From NCBI GenBank assembly GCA_043811535.1, contig JBDRNC010000028.1:32001-96000 (forward strand): a stretch of 64,000 nt of DNA. The letters run 5' to 3'. A program made the translations under genes and the position numbers. The stretch's first letter is position 1; every line of letters begins with the position of its first letter. Positions 27,101 through 35,985 of the stretch are shown one piece after another. The notes beneath the pieces are model-generated. The model was not told where the DNA came from. It did not search any database and worked only from the letters and a program-made list of their open reading frames with translations. Source of the stretch: Elusimicrobiota bacterium (GTDB taxonomy: Bacteria > Elusimicrobiota > Endomicrobiia > Endomicrobiales > JBDRNC01).

Positions 27101-29460
27101 GGCGAAGCCGTGAAACTCGTGACCGGCGACGGGGCCGTCACGTCTATCTGGGACCAGGCCGTTGCCCCAATGGATACCGCGGACCAGTTGCCGGATTCAT
27201 CAGCGGACCATATCCTGAAATAATATGTCACGCCTTCGCCCAGGCCGTTAAGCATCAGGTAGTTTGAAGTGCCGGCGGCGGCTGTCGTCGTTATATCCAG
27301 CTGGAAGCTGTCCGTCGTGAATTCTTTCAGATCGTTCGTAGTCCAGTCAAGCCTGAACTTCCCTCCCGTGATATTCCCCGTCTGAGTATCGTAATCCTCG
27401 GGCGGGGTTGACCATATAAGATTTATTTTTCCTTCCGCCGCGCCGGTTGCGGCGCTGATATTCGTTATGTTATATGGCCCTCTAAGGTCAGGCATGTAAA
27501 CCGACGTCACCGCGGTTGGCAGCGACTCCAGTATCGCGCTGGTAAGCCCGCTGCCCGCAGGCCCGTCGCCGAGGTCCCTTGTGGCCAGCATGTAATAATA
27601 GGTGGTTTCTTTCCTGAGTTGGTTTGTCCCTCCGCCGGTCGAATCGTTGTAAGACGTTCCGGGATTGTAAGTGGATACTTCCACCGAGAAAGTTGCGTTG
27701 CCTGTAAGCGTGAAATTGAACGTGGCCCTGTATATTACATAGCCCTTTTTGTCGTCGTAACCCGGTATGGAGGTATGGCTCCACTGGATGGATACTGTGG
27801 TTTCGGTGACGGCATAGGCGGAAACAAGAGCCGGAGCGGAAGGGATATTGTCCCTTGCGACCGTTGAACGTATCACGGAAAGCGGCGAATAATTTCCCGC
27901 TTCATCAAGGGCTTTTATGCCGAAGTAATACGTGGCTCCCGGATAAAGCCCGGTAACTATCAGTTCTTCGGGGTCGCCCGGCGTTGTCGGAGATATGCTT
28001 TGCGTGATAGTTGAAACCACCGTCATGCCGAATTCGCCGTCCGTAAAAGAAAAAGTCGCTTTTTTTACGATATATGACGCTACCAGTTCTGACGTGTCGT
28101 CATCGTACGGCGCGAGCCACTGGAGCCTTGCCTCCCCGTCGTTCGTGACCAGGTCGGACCTTGCCGCGGAAAATGTCGGGGCCTGCGGGTTAGCGCTGGC
28201 GGTCATGGTGGAGATTGTGATTTTTTCGGTCGCCGCGGGAGCCGCGGAAGAGTTTGCGGCCCATAACCTGTAATAGTAGGTGGTCTTCTCTTTAAGCCCT
28301 GTATCCTGGTGAGTCGTGTTCGCCAGGAGCGCGACTATCTGCGCGAAGTTTCCGTTATAAGTCGAGCGTTCTATGCTGTAACGGGTATAACCCTGGTTGC
28401 CGTTAGCGGTCCATTGCAGATTTATGGATGTCGTTCCGGGCTGAAGCGGAGAGAAAATGTCATAAGGCGGATTTGCTAATGAATACAGCACCCCGCCCGG
28501 CGATGAGTCGGAATTTATGAACCCGTTGAACGCCTGTATTATTACGGACGAGGAAGTATCCGGGGTAAGCCCTGTCTGTATCCAATAGGTATCTGACGCC
28601 AGGAGATCGTCATCCACCGTATCTCCCGAAGAGGTAAGTATGACTCTGTAGCCCGCCGCGCCGCTTGCCGGATCCCATGCCCAGTTGATGGAAGTGGTGG
28701 AATACGCGGCGCAGTAAGCGGAAAAGGACGGCGCCGATACGTCTACGGTCGGCACGGTGCTTACGGCCTCGCTGTACGCCCCGGCATTGCCGGTATAGTC
28801 CTCCGCGCGCACCTTATAATAATATGTATTGCCGTTAACCAGATTCAGGATGTCATAATGAGTTGTTTCCGGAGCGAGTATATTGGTAAGAAGCAAAAAT
28901 CCGTCAGTCGACGACCAGCTTGAGCGTTCAATCCTGTACTGTTTTAGGTCAATTTCGGCGTTGGCGTACCATGAAAGATTAACAAGCAGATCGCCGCAAA
29001 CCGCGGCCAGATTCATGACCTGGGCAGGGGAAGTATCAAGAACCGCGGCGAAGTTGGCGTTGTTGACTTCCGCGACTTCCGCGGAAGAGTACCAGATGCC
29101 GTAGACGGTATCTGAATCCACGGCGACCATGGCGAAATAAAGAGTCGCGCCCGGCGTCAATCCGGTCAGGGCCCGCGATTCGGCCGAACCGCTTGAAACA
29201 AGATTGGCCCAGCTCTGAATGTAAGTGCTTGTCCATGAAGCGTAAAAATCGGAATTGTTTATCTGGCTGGTGGCGTACTTTACAAGGTAGGCTGTGGGGG
29301 TGGATAATTCTATGCCCGTATCGGGCACCGTCCACTCAAGGAGTATCTGGCCCTCCGTGTCCGTAGACAACGCGGTAAGGTTTGATATCCCTTCGGGTTG
29401 AGCAAAGGAATATACCGGAGCTAAAATTAAAAATGATAGAAAAATTAAGTGTTTTTTCAT
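24184..29460 (-). CDS. Giant secreted fibronectin type III repeat protein with T9SS-like C-terminal domain
   Basis: Signal peptide from MKKHLIFL (ATG 29460); repeated GLxxGxTYYF FN3 motifs; C-terminus VFTPG...WDG...GVYIYQ...GTIILAR. Confidence 0.85.
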   Translation of the reverse strand: MKKHLIFLSFLILAPVYSFAQPEGISNLTALSTDTEGQILLEWTVPDTGIELSTPTAYLVKYATSQINNSDFYASWTSTYIQSWANLVSSGSAESRALTGLTPGATLYFAMVAVDSDTVYGIWYSSAEVAEVNNANFAAVLDTSPAQVMNLAAVCGDLLVNLSWYANAEIDLKQYRIERSSWSSTDGFLLLTNILAPETTHYDILNLVNGNTYYYKVRAEDYTGNAGAYSEAVSTVPTVDVSAPSFSAYCAAYSTTSINWAWDPASGAAGYRVILTSSGDTVDDDLLASDTYWIQTGLTPDTSSSVIIQAFNGFINSDSSPGGVLYSLANPPYDIFSPLQPGTTSINLQWTANGNQGYTRYSIERSTYNGNFAQIVALLANTTHQDTGLKEKTTYYYRLWAANSSAAPAATEKITISTMTASANPQAPTFSAARSDLVTNDGEARLQWLAPYDDDTSELVASYIVKKATFSFTDGEFGMTVVSTITQSISPTTPGDPEELIVTGLYPGATYYFGIKALDEAGNYSPLSVIRSTVARDNIPSAPALVSAYAVTETTVSIQWSHTSIPGYDDKKGYVIYRATFNFTLTGNATFSVEVSTYNPGTSYNDSTGGGTNQLRKETTYYYMLATRDLGDGPAGSGLTSAILESLPTAVTSVYMPDLRGPYNITNISAATGAAEGKINLIWSTPPEDYDTQTGNITGGKFRLDWTTNDLKEFTTDSFQLDITTTAAAGTSNYLMLNGLGEGVTYYFRIWSADESGNWSAVSIGATAWSQIDVTAPSPVTSFTASPFWRGAVLAWTVPGDNGYSDDISGGSFEIKYSTSQDDLYPATVIAISTSAVQGTTVYYTITGLENSVTYYFNVKTSDERDNWSGVSVDTPSAGPVNAAPGAFDLNLPENNYISQITMPVLQWLGSVDSNAVYGDTVSYTVYYSTDQNFELNVTTAVSAGTALSYGVPDDLMEDKSVYWKVLANDEDNALIWSASIYTIRINAVNSAPESFTLVEPNAVSTNTATPRLSWTASSDIDPGDLISYKVDYSLYENFSSYVSSAGISGLNYTTPALTDNVTYYWRVWVFDGLIYTMSDTTYYVVINAVPEAPLAFNLISPADNTRELSLKVTFYWEMTSDPDPFNSVSYNLSYSNILNFASSTTVTGLSSSWTIVNLPVDNMKYYWRVDAIGSDGRIRQSNQTRMAYTDIEKELPQAFAIQEPFGVTISTTLKPWFFWDAAIDIDPADIVRYYIDISIDQNFTGSQAIPTGTDNFYQPLSNLLDQSTYYWRVRASGYQYQGSYFIHVDSDIEQGYVFSTTGTFAISMTNNPPLAFNLISPADGAVVSTKKPIFTWSKSVDNDLNDDVTYTLVISTIVSDFSSIYLQASNLSDIQYAVTSLLSENKTYYWKVISRDIKALETTCSKVFSFTVPVINRPASPAGLRGTISQDEQSITLYWSAVTRNNDGNVLDDLAGYNIYRSLSIQSMWSGNVYAFVPAGTKSYTDTAVQGGQFYYMVKAVDSSGIEGGNSLIIESLNPEKMNLVSSDQQVTAELPSDVSKSLLAENNKWNDDLAVEFNRDTGKEAGKTLRVYDLRIRDSNFTEITDYKFSTPVTLQFSYSSLSAAPGISFAQGFSPGELSVYWHNGVEFIRIGGYMDEIKKRVAIRVTKPGQYQLRQVVRASSFGLASLDPAKVFTPGTAPYEKMTFYVDNPTGDKVTGKVFDMRGEFVADLKAVGDMTATTVTLEWDGNGARKGVYIYQIEGDGTAVNGTIILAR

Positions 29461-29525
29461 ACCCCAATATCCACTACTTTTAACTTTAACAGATACCCGT
29501 TGAATTGTCAATATGATTTTAGTCA

Positions 29526-29676
29526 CGACGATTACACAGATTTTCAACAAAGATTACACAGATATATACTACGATTTCACAGATTATTTACGGCGATTTC
29601 ACAGATTACAGGCAGTGTCTGTGTAATTATTGTTGAAATCTGTGCAATCGTCTTTCATAATCGGTGTAATCGTTGT
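29526..29676. repeat. GATTACACAGATT-type inverted-array hairpin
   Basis: Four gatt(a/t)cacagat units facing tctgtgtaat, aatctgtgcaatc, aatcggtgtaatc. Confidence 0.85.
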
Positions 29677-29714
29677 AAAAAAAATATCCGAACGCCTTGC
29701 GGCTGTCCGGATTA
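29677..29714 (-). terminator. Intrinsic terminator in the riboswitch leader
   Basis: Minus strand atccggacagcc-gcaa-ggcgttcggat followed by attttttttt. Confidence 0.75.
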
Positions 29715-29805
29715 CTGAACAGATAAAAACCGTACGTTGAAATGTTAAAGTTGTATGTGTTTTGTCATTCCACATTTCGCTTTAACCATTCCACAGTCTT
29801 TACTG

Positions 29806-29962
29806 GTTCGGTAACCCGGCGAACCTTAACGGCAGACGGAAGATTGAAGTTTGAAGAAGGAAGTAAAGACTTTTTTGCTTCCGTCTTCCTTCTTCCGTCT
29901 TGTCGTTACTAGGTCCCGTGGCTTTGCGTCCTCCGGTTACCCGGAGTTTGCCTTTATCGGAG
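29806..29962 (-). ncRNA. c-di-GMP-I (GEMM) riboswitch with about 80 nt inserted in P3
   Basis: Minus strand GGCAAACTCCGG-GTAA-CCGGAGGACGCAAAGCCACGGGACCTA ... GGTTCGCCGGGTTACCGAA. Confidence 0.88.
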
Positions 29963-30043
29963 TTGAGCTACCTCAAAAACAACTACATAACAATCAATAG
30001 CAGACATCTGTTCGCTTGTCAAGGGCTTTTTTAAAATAACTGC

Positions 30044-30133
30044 GTTGACGGTTATCAGTTGACAGTTGACTGTCTACAGTATTCCGTTGTTTTTATGTCC
30101 TTCTGTCAACCGTCAACTGTGAACTGTCATCTG
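30044..30133. repeat. Heptamer (GTTGACA/TGTCAAC) inverted-array hairpin
   Basis: gttgacggttatcagttgacagttgac ... tgtcaaccgtcaactgtgaactgtca. Confidence 0.8.
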
Positions 30134-30143
30134 TTGTTATATT

Positions 30144-32525
30144 TCAGTTTTCCCTGCTCATGAACGATCTGATAACGAATACCGTGGCTATCGTGAAAAA
30201 AACCGCGGCCAGGGCGTATCTCACTCCGTTTGTCAGGCCTATCGCCAATTCAAGGGCGAGCAGGCCGAAAAGAGTGGTAAATTTGATTGTCGGGTTCATC
30301 GCTACGGATGATGTGTCCTTGAACGGATCGCCTACCGTATCGCCGACAACCGTCGCTTTATGAAGATCCGTGCCTTTCTCTTTCATGTCAACTTCAACTA
30401 TCTTTTTCGCGTTGTCCCACGCGCCGCCGGCGTTCGCCATGAATATCGCCTGGAAAAGGCCGAAGAGCGCTATTGAGATAAGGTACCCGATGAAGAAGTA
30501 GGAGTTGAAGCAGGCGTAAGCCAGAGTGCTGAAGAATATCACGAGAAAGAGGTTCAACATTCCTTTCTGAGCGTATTTGGTGCAGATCTCGACGACTTTC
30601 TTGCTGTCTTCCTGAGACGCTTTTGCCGCGCCGTCCAGCTTCATATTCTGCTTGATGAAGTCGACGGCTTTATACGCGCCTACGGTGACGGCGTGCGTGG
30701 AGGCGCCCGTAAACCAGTATATTACCGCGCCGCCCGCTATCAGGCCGAGCAGGAACGGCGGGTGCAGAATGGACAGCTTGTCCATGCCGGTTGTCATGCC
30801 GTTCGTAAGCAGCACTATGATGGAGAATATCATCGTCGTAGCGCCTACGACCGCGGTGCCGATAAGCACGGGTTTGGCGGTCGCCTTGAAGGTGTTGCCC
30901 GCGCCGTCGTTCGCCTCAAGATTATGCTTTGCCTTGGAGAAATCCGGCTCGAAACCGTATTCTTTCTTGATCTCTTCCTTTATGTTGGGTATCGTTTCAA
31001 TAAGCGAAAGTTCGTAAATTGACTGCGCGTTGTCCGTGACGGGGCCGTAAGAGTCAACCGCGATCGTGACCGGGCCCATGCCGAGGAAGCCGAACGCGAC
31101 AAGGCCGAACGCGAAGACCGCGGGCGCTATCATGAGCGCGCTCAAGCCCGCCGTGCTGATGACGAAAGACACACCCATAAGGCCTAGTATCGTCAATCCC
31201 ATCCAGTACGCGCTGAAGTTGCCCGCGACGAAACCGGCAAGGATATTTAGCGACGCTCCGCCGCTTTTTGAGGATTCAACTATGTTCTTCACGAAAGAGC
31301 TTTCCGTTGAGGTGAAAATCTTCACGAGTTCGGGTATGATAGCGCCCGCCATCGTGCCGCACGTGATTATCATCGAGAGCTTCCACCAGATGGTGCCGTC
31401 GCCGACGTTGCCGATGAGCATTTTAGAAATAAGGAACGTAAGCGCCACGGAGATAAACGAAGTCAGCCACACCAGCCAGGTTAAAGGAGATTCAAAATTC
31501 ATCTTATCTACATTGCCGAAACGCGCTTTCTGTATCATGGAATTAATGCTGTAGGAAAGCGTGCTGGCTATGAGCATCGCGAGACGCATGACGAATATCC
31601 ATACGAGCAGTTGGACCTGCAATACCGGCTCCTTGACAGCGAGGAGTATGAACGAGATAAGCGCGACGCCCGTGACGCCGTATGTTTCAAAACCGTCGGC
31701 GGTAGGCCCTACCGAGTCGCCCGCGTTGTCGCCGACGCAGTCCGCGATGACGCCGGGGTTACGCGCGTCATCCTCTTTGACGTTAAAGACGATTTTCATG
31801 AGGTCAGAGCCTATATCGGCGATCTTGGTGAATATTCCGCCCGCGATACGCAGCACGGAAGCGCCGAGCGATTCGCCTATCGCGAAGCCGATGAAACACG
31901 GCCCCGCGTAAGCCGGATCGATGAAAAGCAGAATGCAAAGCATCACAAAAAGTTCTATGCTTATGAGAAGCATCCCGATGCTTATGCCGGCCTGGATCGG
32001 GATCTTATAGCAGGGGAACGGCTTGCCTTTAAGGCTGGCGAAAGCCGTGCGCGAATTGGCTAGCGTGTTTATGCGCATGCCGAACCATGCCACCGAATAA
32101 CTGCCGAGAATACCTATAATGCTGCAAAGTATGATCATTCCCACTTTAAAGGCTTCTAAATGCCTTAAATAGCCAAAGTAAACCACAATTATAGCGGCAA
32201 GAAGAAGTTCGAGTATTAATATGAATTTGCCCTGCGTGATAAGATAGGTTTTGCAGGTCGTGTAGATAAGTTCGGATACTTCGCTCATTGACTTGTGAAC
32301 CTGCAGGGCCTTTATGCGCAGATACATGTACATGCCGAAAGCAAGCCCGAACACGCAAATTATCAACCCCCATGTAAGAAGCGCCTTGCCGGTCATCCCG
32401 AAGAATAATACATCCGGGGATGAAAGGTTGGGCAGAATAAGGTCCGTCTCGCCAGCGTGAGCAAGCGCAGGCAACGCTAGCCCTAAAACATAAAATAACA
32501 CATTTTTCATCAACTTTTTAAACAT
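30144..32525 (-). CDS. hppA: Membrane-bound ion-translocating pyrophosphatase
   Basis: GGIFTKIADIGSDL, EDDARNPGVIADCVGDNAGD, DSYGPVTDNA, GGAWDNAKK, GDTVGDPFKDTS. Confidence 0.95.
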   Translation of the reverse strand: MFKKLMKNVLFYVLGLALPALAHAGETDLILPNLSSPDVLFFGMTGKALLTWGLIICVFGLAFGMYMYLRIKALQVHKSMSEVSELIYTTCKTYLITQGKFILILELLLAAIIVVYFGYLRHLEAFKVGMIILCSIIGILGSYSVAWFGMRINTLANSRTAFASLKGKPFPCYKIPIQAGISIGMLLISIELFVMLCILLFIDPAYAGPCFIGFAIGESLGASVLRIAGGIFTKIADIGSDLMKIVFNVKEDDARNPGVIADCVGDNAGDSVGPTADGFETYGVTGVALISFILLAVKEPVLQVQLLVWIFVMRLAMLIASTLSYSINSMIQKARFGNVDKMNFESPLTWLVWLTSFISVALTFLISKMLIGNVGDGTIWWKLSMIITCGTMAGAIIPELVKIFTSTESSFVKNIVESSKSGGASLNILAGFVAGNFSAYWMGLTILGLMGVSFVISTAGLSALMIAPAVFAFGLVAFGFLGMGPVTIAVDSYGPVTDNAQSIYELSLIETIPNIKEEIKKEYGFEPDFSKAKHNLEANDGAGNTFKATAKPVLIGTAVVGATTMIFSIIVLLTNGMTTGMDKLSILHPPFLLGLIAGGAVIYWFTGASTHAVTVGAYKAVDFIKQNMKLDGAAKASQEDSKKVVEICTKYAQKGMLNLFLVIFFSTLAYACFNSYFFIGYLISIALFGLFQAIFMANAGGAWDNAKKIVEVDMKEKGTDLHKATVVGDTVGDPFKDTSSVAMNPTIKFTTLFGLLALELAIGLTNGVRYALAAVFFTIATVFVIRSFMSREN

Positions 32526-32662
32526 ATTGACTCCTCTTGCGGATATATGATTATCCTACGTGGTACCTATATAGTGCTTAGTCGGACTATTGATAGGTTT
32601 TCTGCGGTGTACAGGAATTCCAAGATATTTTATCTATTTTTGACGGAAAAAACAAGAGGCGT

Positions 32663-32752
32663 GAAAGATGGAAGACGGAAGATCGAAGACGGAAGCAGGC
32701 AGAAAAGGCTAAAGGTCTTTCCTTCCTTCTTCCAACTTCCTTCTTCCGTCTA
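32663..32752. repeat. GGAAGAC-type inverted-array hairpin
   Basis: gaaagatggaagacggaagatcgaagacggaag ... gtcttt ... cttccttcttccaacttccttcttccgtc. Confidence 0.85.
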
Positions 32753-32809
32753 TTTTTTAAGCACTTCGTTGATTTTTTTCCAGCATCCGGGCGGGATTGC
32801 AGGATTTCA

Positions 32810-33433
32810 TTATTGCCCCGCTCGGTTGAATATTTTTTCCAGCGAAACTGTATCGGGAACAATAATAAAGCTGCCGTTAATCTCGGTTTCAGGCAGTTTT
32901 ATGATTATATCCATTAAAAGCGCCTGGTCAACCGCCGCTATCAATTCAATAAGCAGGAAATCTATGACCGATGCCAGTTCGTCGGCCGCGTAGCGCGGCA
33001 CTGAAAGAAGCATTTTCATATCTATCATATGCGCAAGCGCGTTCAAATATGAATTCGTCATGATATTACCGAGTTCCATTAACGCTGATTTACGCATGCT
33101 GTCAAATTCCGGAGTATCGCCCGGATCGATGCCTGCCAAAAGGATATTTAAGAGCATTCCCGCCTGTTTTTCGTCAAAAATCAGCAGGATGTTGCCTTTG
33201 ATATCCCCGGAAACCTTGAAATACAATCCGATTATATTTAGGTGTTCGCCGCCGAGATGTTCGGGTATCTTAGTTACATCCACAACCTTGGTCTTGGAAA
33301 TGTTCACTATCGCTTTTTTATCCAGAAGTTCAGAAAGAGCCGCGGCCGCATGCGCCGTGCCGGCATCTATGAACTCCTTTAGAGCGTTAAGCTGAAATTC
33401 CGATAAAGTTTTCATCTGTGTTAGTTTCTTCAA
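32810..33433 (-). CDS. cheC: CheC family phosphatase
   Basis: ALKEFIDAG..AAAALSELL and SALMELGNIMTNSYLNAL repeats, SVP. Confidence 0.85.
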   Translation of the reverse strand: MKKLTQMKTLSEFQLNALKEFIDAGTAHAAAALSELLDKKAIVNISKTKVVDVTKIPEHLGGEHLNIIGLYFKVSGDIKGNILLIFDEKQAGMLLNILLAGIDPGDTPEFDSMRKSALMELGNIMTNSYLNALAHMIDMKMLLSVPRYAADELASVIDFLLIELIAAVDQALLMDIIIKLPETEINGSFIIVPDTVSLEKIFNRAGQ

Positions 33434-33461
33434 GCCTGATATCTATTCGCTGGTTCCTGCG

Positions 33462-34211
33462 TTATAAAGAAGTCGTCCCTAGAAATCCGATAATATCCCC
33501 CTGAGTGTTCTTCATTATCGTCCCGCTAAAAAGCACTTTAATATCCCTGCCGTCCTTTGTGAGAAGGACCATGGGATACTCCCTGACTTGATTCTGCTTC
33601 ATCAATTCATCCCACGACGTCAGCTTGAACTCTTTGCTGAATATGGACTGAATCGGGACTTTCACAAGCTCTTGCTCGGTGTATCCGAGCAGATTTTCCA
33701 TGGCTTTGTTTATTTTCTTGATGCAGCCTTCCGAATCCGTGGCAACCACAGTGTACACAAGGTTCTTGACTATCGTTTCAGTGAATTCTTTCTCTTCCTT
33801 CAGTTCCTGCATCAGCCTTTGATTCTCTTTTGTCAGGTTATACTTGTTGTACGCATTCTTGAGCATGCCCTTGAGTTCCTCGAGCACTACAGGTTTCATA
33901 AGGTAACCAAACGCGCCGATGTTTAGCGATTTTATAGCGGTTTCCATTGTCGCGTTTGCAGTCAGCATTATCACGATGGTTTCGGGATATTCCTTTTTTA
34001 CGAAATTCAGCAGTTCCATCCCGTCTATGCCGGGCATCATTATGTCGCTCAGGACTACCGGAAAGCCGCCCGGATTGGCCTTGAGTACGCCGAGTGCCTC
34101 AGCCGCACTTCCCGCCGTAGTGACCGCGTATTGCTCAAGTACGAGTGCCTTCTCCAGATACTCCCTTATGCTTTCGTCATCGTCAACTATCAAAACTTTT
34201 TTCTTATCCAT
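33462..34211 (-). CDS. Response regulator with C-terminal PAS domain
   Basis: VDDD...SDIMMPGIDG...KPV; INKAMENLLGYTEQEL PAS. Confidence 0.88.
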   Translation of the reverse strand: MDKKKVLIVDDDESIREYLEKALVLEQYAVTTAGSAAEALGVLKANPGGFPVVLSDIMMPGIDGMELLNFVKKEYPETIVIMLTANATMETAIKSLNIGAFGYLMKPVVLEELKGMLKNAYNKYNLTKENQRLMQELKEEKEFTETIVKNLVYTVVATDSEGCIKKINKAMENLLGYTEQELVKVPIQSIFSKEFKLTSWDELMKQNQVREYPMVLLTKDGRDIKVLFSGTIMKNTQGDIIGFLGTTSL

Positions 34212-34413
34212 GCTGCGCTCCTAAATTGGCACCACATCTGATTTCAGCATTATCCTGTCGTCTCCCAGCACCGTGGCGCCACTGAATATTTTCTCGTTCC
34301 CGGATATTCCGGAAAGCGTTTTATAGCTATTTTCTGTTTTATACACATAAAAAACTATCCTAGACTTACTTTTTCATACGATATTATAGCAATTATTTAC
34401 ATCCGCAAGAAAG

Positions 34414-34452
34414 AAAAAGAGCCCGTTAGGCTATTGCCTAATTAGGCTCTTT
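34414..34452 (-). terminator. Intrinsic terminator
   Basis: Minus strand agagcctaattaggc-aata-gcctaacgggctct followed by a T tract. Confidence 0.65.
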
Positions 34453-34517
34453 AAAAGCATTTTCGAGGTTCAAGCCCCTTCGATTACACTCAGGGTCCCT
34501 CAAAATCCTTTACAGGC

Positions 34518-34766
34518 TTATCTTTTCTTTTTGCCTTTGCCTTTGCCGCGGCGAACCATCTTCGCGCGGGAAACGTCGCCGGATTTGTCAAGGAAATAGA
34601 GATAACCATCCGCCTTGTCTACTCCGACTTTCGCTACTTTCTCCACCTTTCCGCCCTTCTTGCCGCCGCGGGCCATTTTCGCACGGGAGACATCGCCTGC
34701 CTTATCGATGAAGTAAAGATAGCCGTCTACTCTTTTTACTCCTACCTTCGTAACTTTTTCTGACAT
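34518..34766 (-). CDS. Small basic protein with internal duplication
   Basis: Strong RBS aggaggtg; two copies of EKVxKVGVxxxDGYLYFxDKxGDVSRAKMxR. Confidence 0.8.
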   Translation of the reverse strand: MSEKVTKVGVKRVDGYLYFIDKAGDVSRAKMARGGKKGGKVEKVAKVGVDKADGYLYFLDKSGDVSRAKMVRRGKGKGKKKR

Positions 34767-34806
34767 ATTGTTTCACCTCCTTTCCTATTAAGGATTATTA
34801 TACAAA

Positions 34807-35985
34807 CTATTTTTTTTCAGCGTTTTGAGACGTTTCCCGTTCCGGCGCGGCGTCCACAGGGCCGCCGTTCTTCTCGGGATAGACAAAAACCTTGCCTTCG
34901 TAATTTTTTATGATTATTCCTTTGCGGTTCCGCGATATTATGTGATCGGGATTGATCGGAACCTTGCCCCCGCCGCCCGGCGCGTCTATCACGAATGTCG
35001 GCACCGCGTAGCCCGTCGTGTGGCCCTGCAACGCTTCCATTATCCTGATGCCGGCGGATATGGATGTCCTGAAATGCTCGGTCCCGTGGGCAAGGTCGCA
35101 CTGGTAAAGATAATAGGGCCGCACTCTGATCATAAGCAGTTCATGCATCAGTTTCATGATCACCGCCGGCTTATCGTTGATGCCTTTTAAAAGAACCGTC
35201 TGGCTTCCCATCGGGATCCCCGCGTCCGCAAGCATAAGACACGCTTTTTTTGTCTCTTCGGAAATCTCCTTGGGATGGTTGAAATGGACACTCAAATAAA
35301 GCGGCTGGTACTTCCGAAGCACCCCCAACAACTCAAGATTTATCCTCTGCGGGAGAGTGACGGGAACTCTTGTCCCTATCCGTATTATCTCAATATGCTC
35401 TATGCTCCTGAGTTTAAAAAGAAGCTGTTCGAGCTTTGTGTCAGAGAGCAGTAACGGGTCGCCGCCTGAAATGAGGACATCCCGTATTTTCTTGTTCTGC
35501 CTTATATAGCTGAGCGCCTGTTCCAGATGCGTGTTTGAAAGCGTGTCTTCGGACGTCCCGACTATCCTTCTGCGCGTGCAATGCCTGCAGTACATCGCGC
35601 ACGCGTCCGTGACAAGAAGCAGGACCCTGTCGGGATACCGGTGCACGAGGCCCGGAGCCACGGTGTCGCGCTCTTCTCCGCAAGGATCCGCAAGTTCGTT
35701 TATGCTGGTCTTGAATTCGTCCAGCGCTGGAACAGCCTGCCTGCGTATCGGGCATTCAGGATCGTTCTTGTCCATAAGGCTCACAAAATGAGGCGTTATG
35801 GCCATCTTGAGCCTGCCGGCGGAATACTGTATCGCCCTTTTTTCTTCAACGGAAAGATTCAGCCACTTCTCAAGCTCCTGTAGAGTGGTTATCCTGTGTT
35901 TCAGTTGCCACTTCCAGTCGCTTCTGTTTTCAATGCCGAATCTTTTATTATCCGGCTGGCTTGTTTTGGCGTCGGGAGCGCTCAT
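34807..35985 (-). CDS. kamA: KamA family radical SAM lysine 2,3-aminomutase-like protein
   Basis: DWKWQL, GLVHRYPDRVL, CAMYCRHCTR, SGGDPL, RPYYLYQCD, DAPGGGGK. Confidence 0.9.
   Translation of the reverse strand: MSAPDAKTSQPDNKRFGIENRSDWKWQLKHRITTLQELEKWLNLSVEEKRAIQYSAGRLKMAITPHFVSLMDKNDPECPIRRQAVPALDEFKTSINELADPCGEERDTVAPGLVHRYPDRVLLLVTDACAMYCRHCTRRRIVGTSEDTLSNTHLEQALSYIRQNKKIRDVLISGGDPLLLSDTKLEQLLFKLRSIEHIEIIRIGTRVPVTLPQRINLELLGVLRKYQPLYLSVHFNHPKEISEETKKACLMLADAGIPMGSQTVLLKGINDKPAVIMKLMHELLMIRVRPYYLYQCDLAHGTEHFRTSISAGIRIMEALQGHTTGYAVPTFVIDAPGGGGKVPINPDHIISRNRKGIIIKNYEGKVFVYPEKNGGPVDAAPERETSQNAEKK

Noticed and set aside
29461..29550. Upstream-extended starts from the ORF track (also 4578, 40639, 43843, 46239, 55299, 62341)
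   Set aside because: Extensions run through repeats or overlap upstream genes; downstream ATGs fit the RBS, signal peptide or translational coupling better.
32547..32993. 148-aa plus-strand ORF, and similar ORFs at 5540-5809, 15246-15491 and 32587-32862
   Set aside because: They read through repeat hairpins or lie antisense to real genes, and have no recognisable domains.
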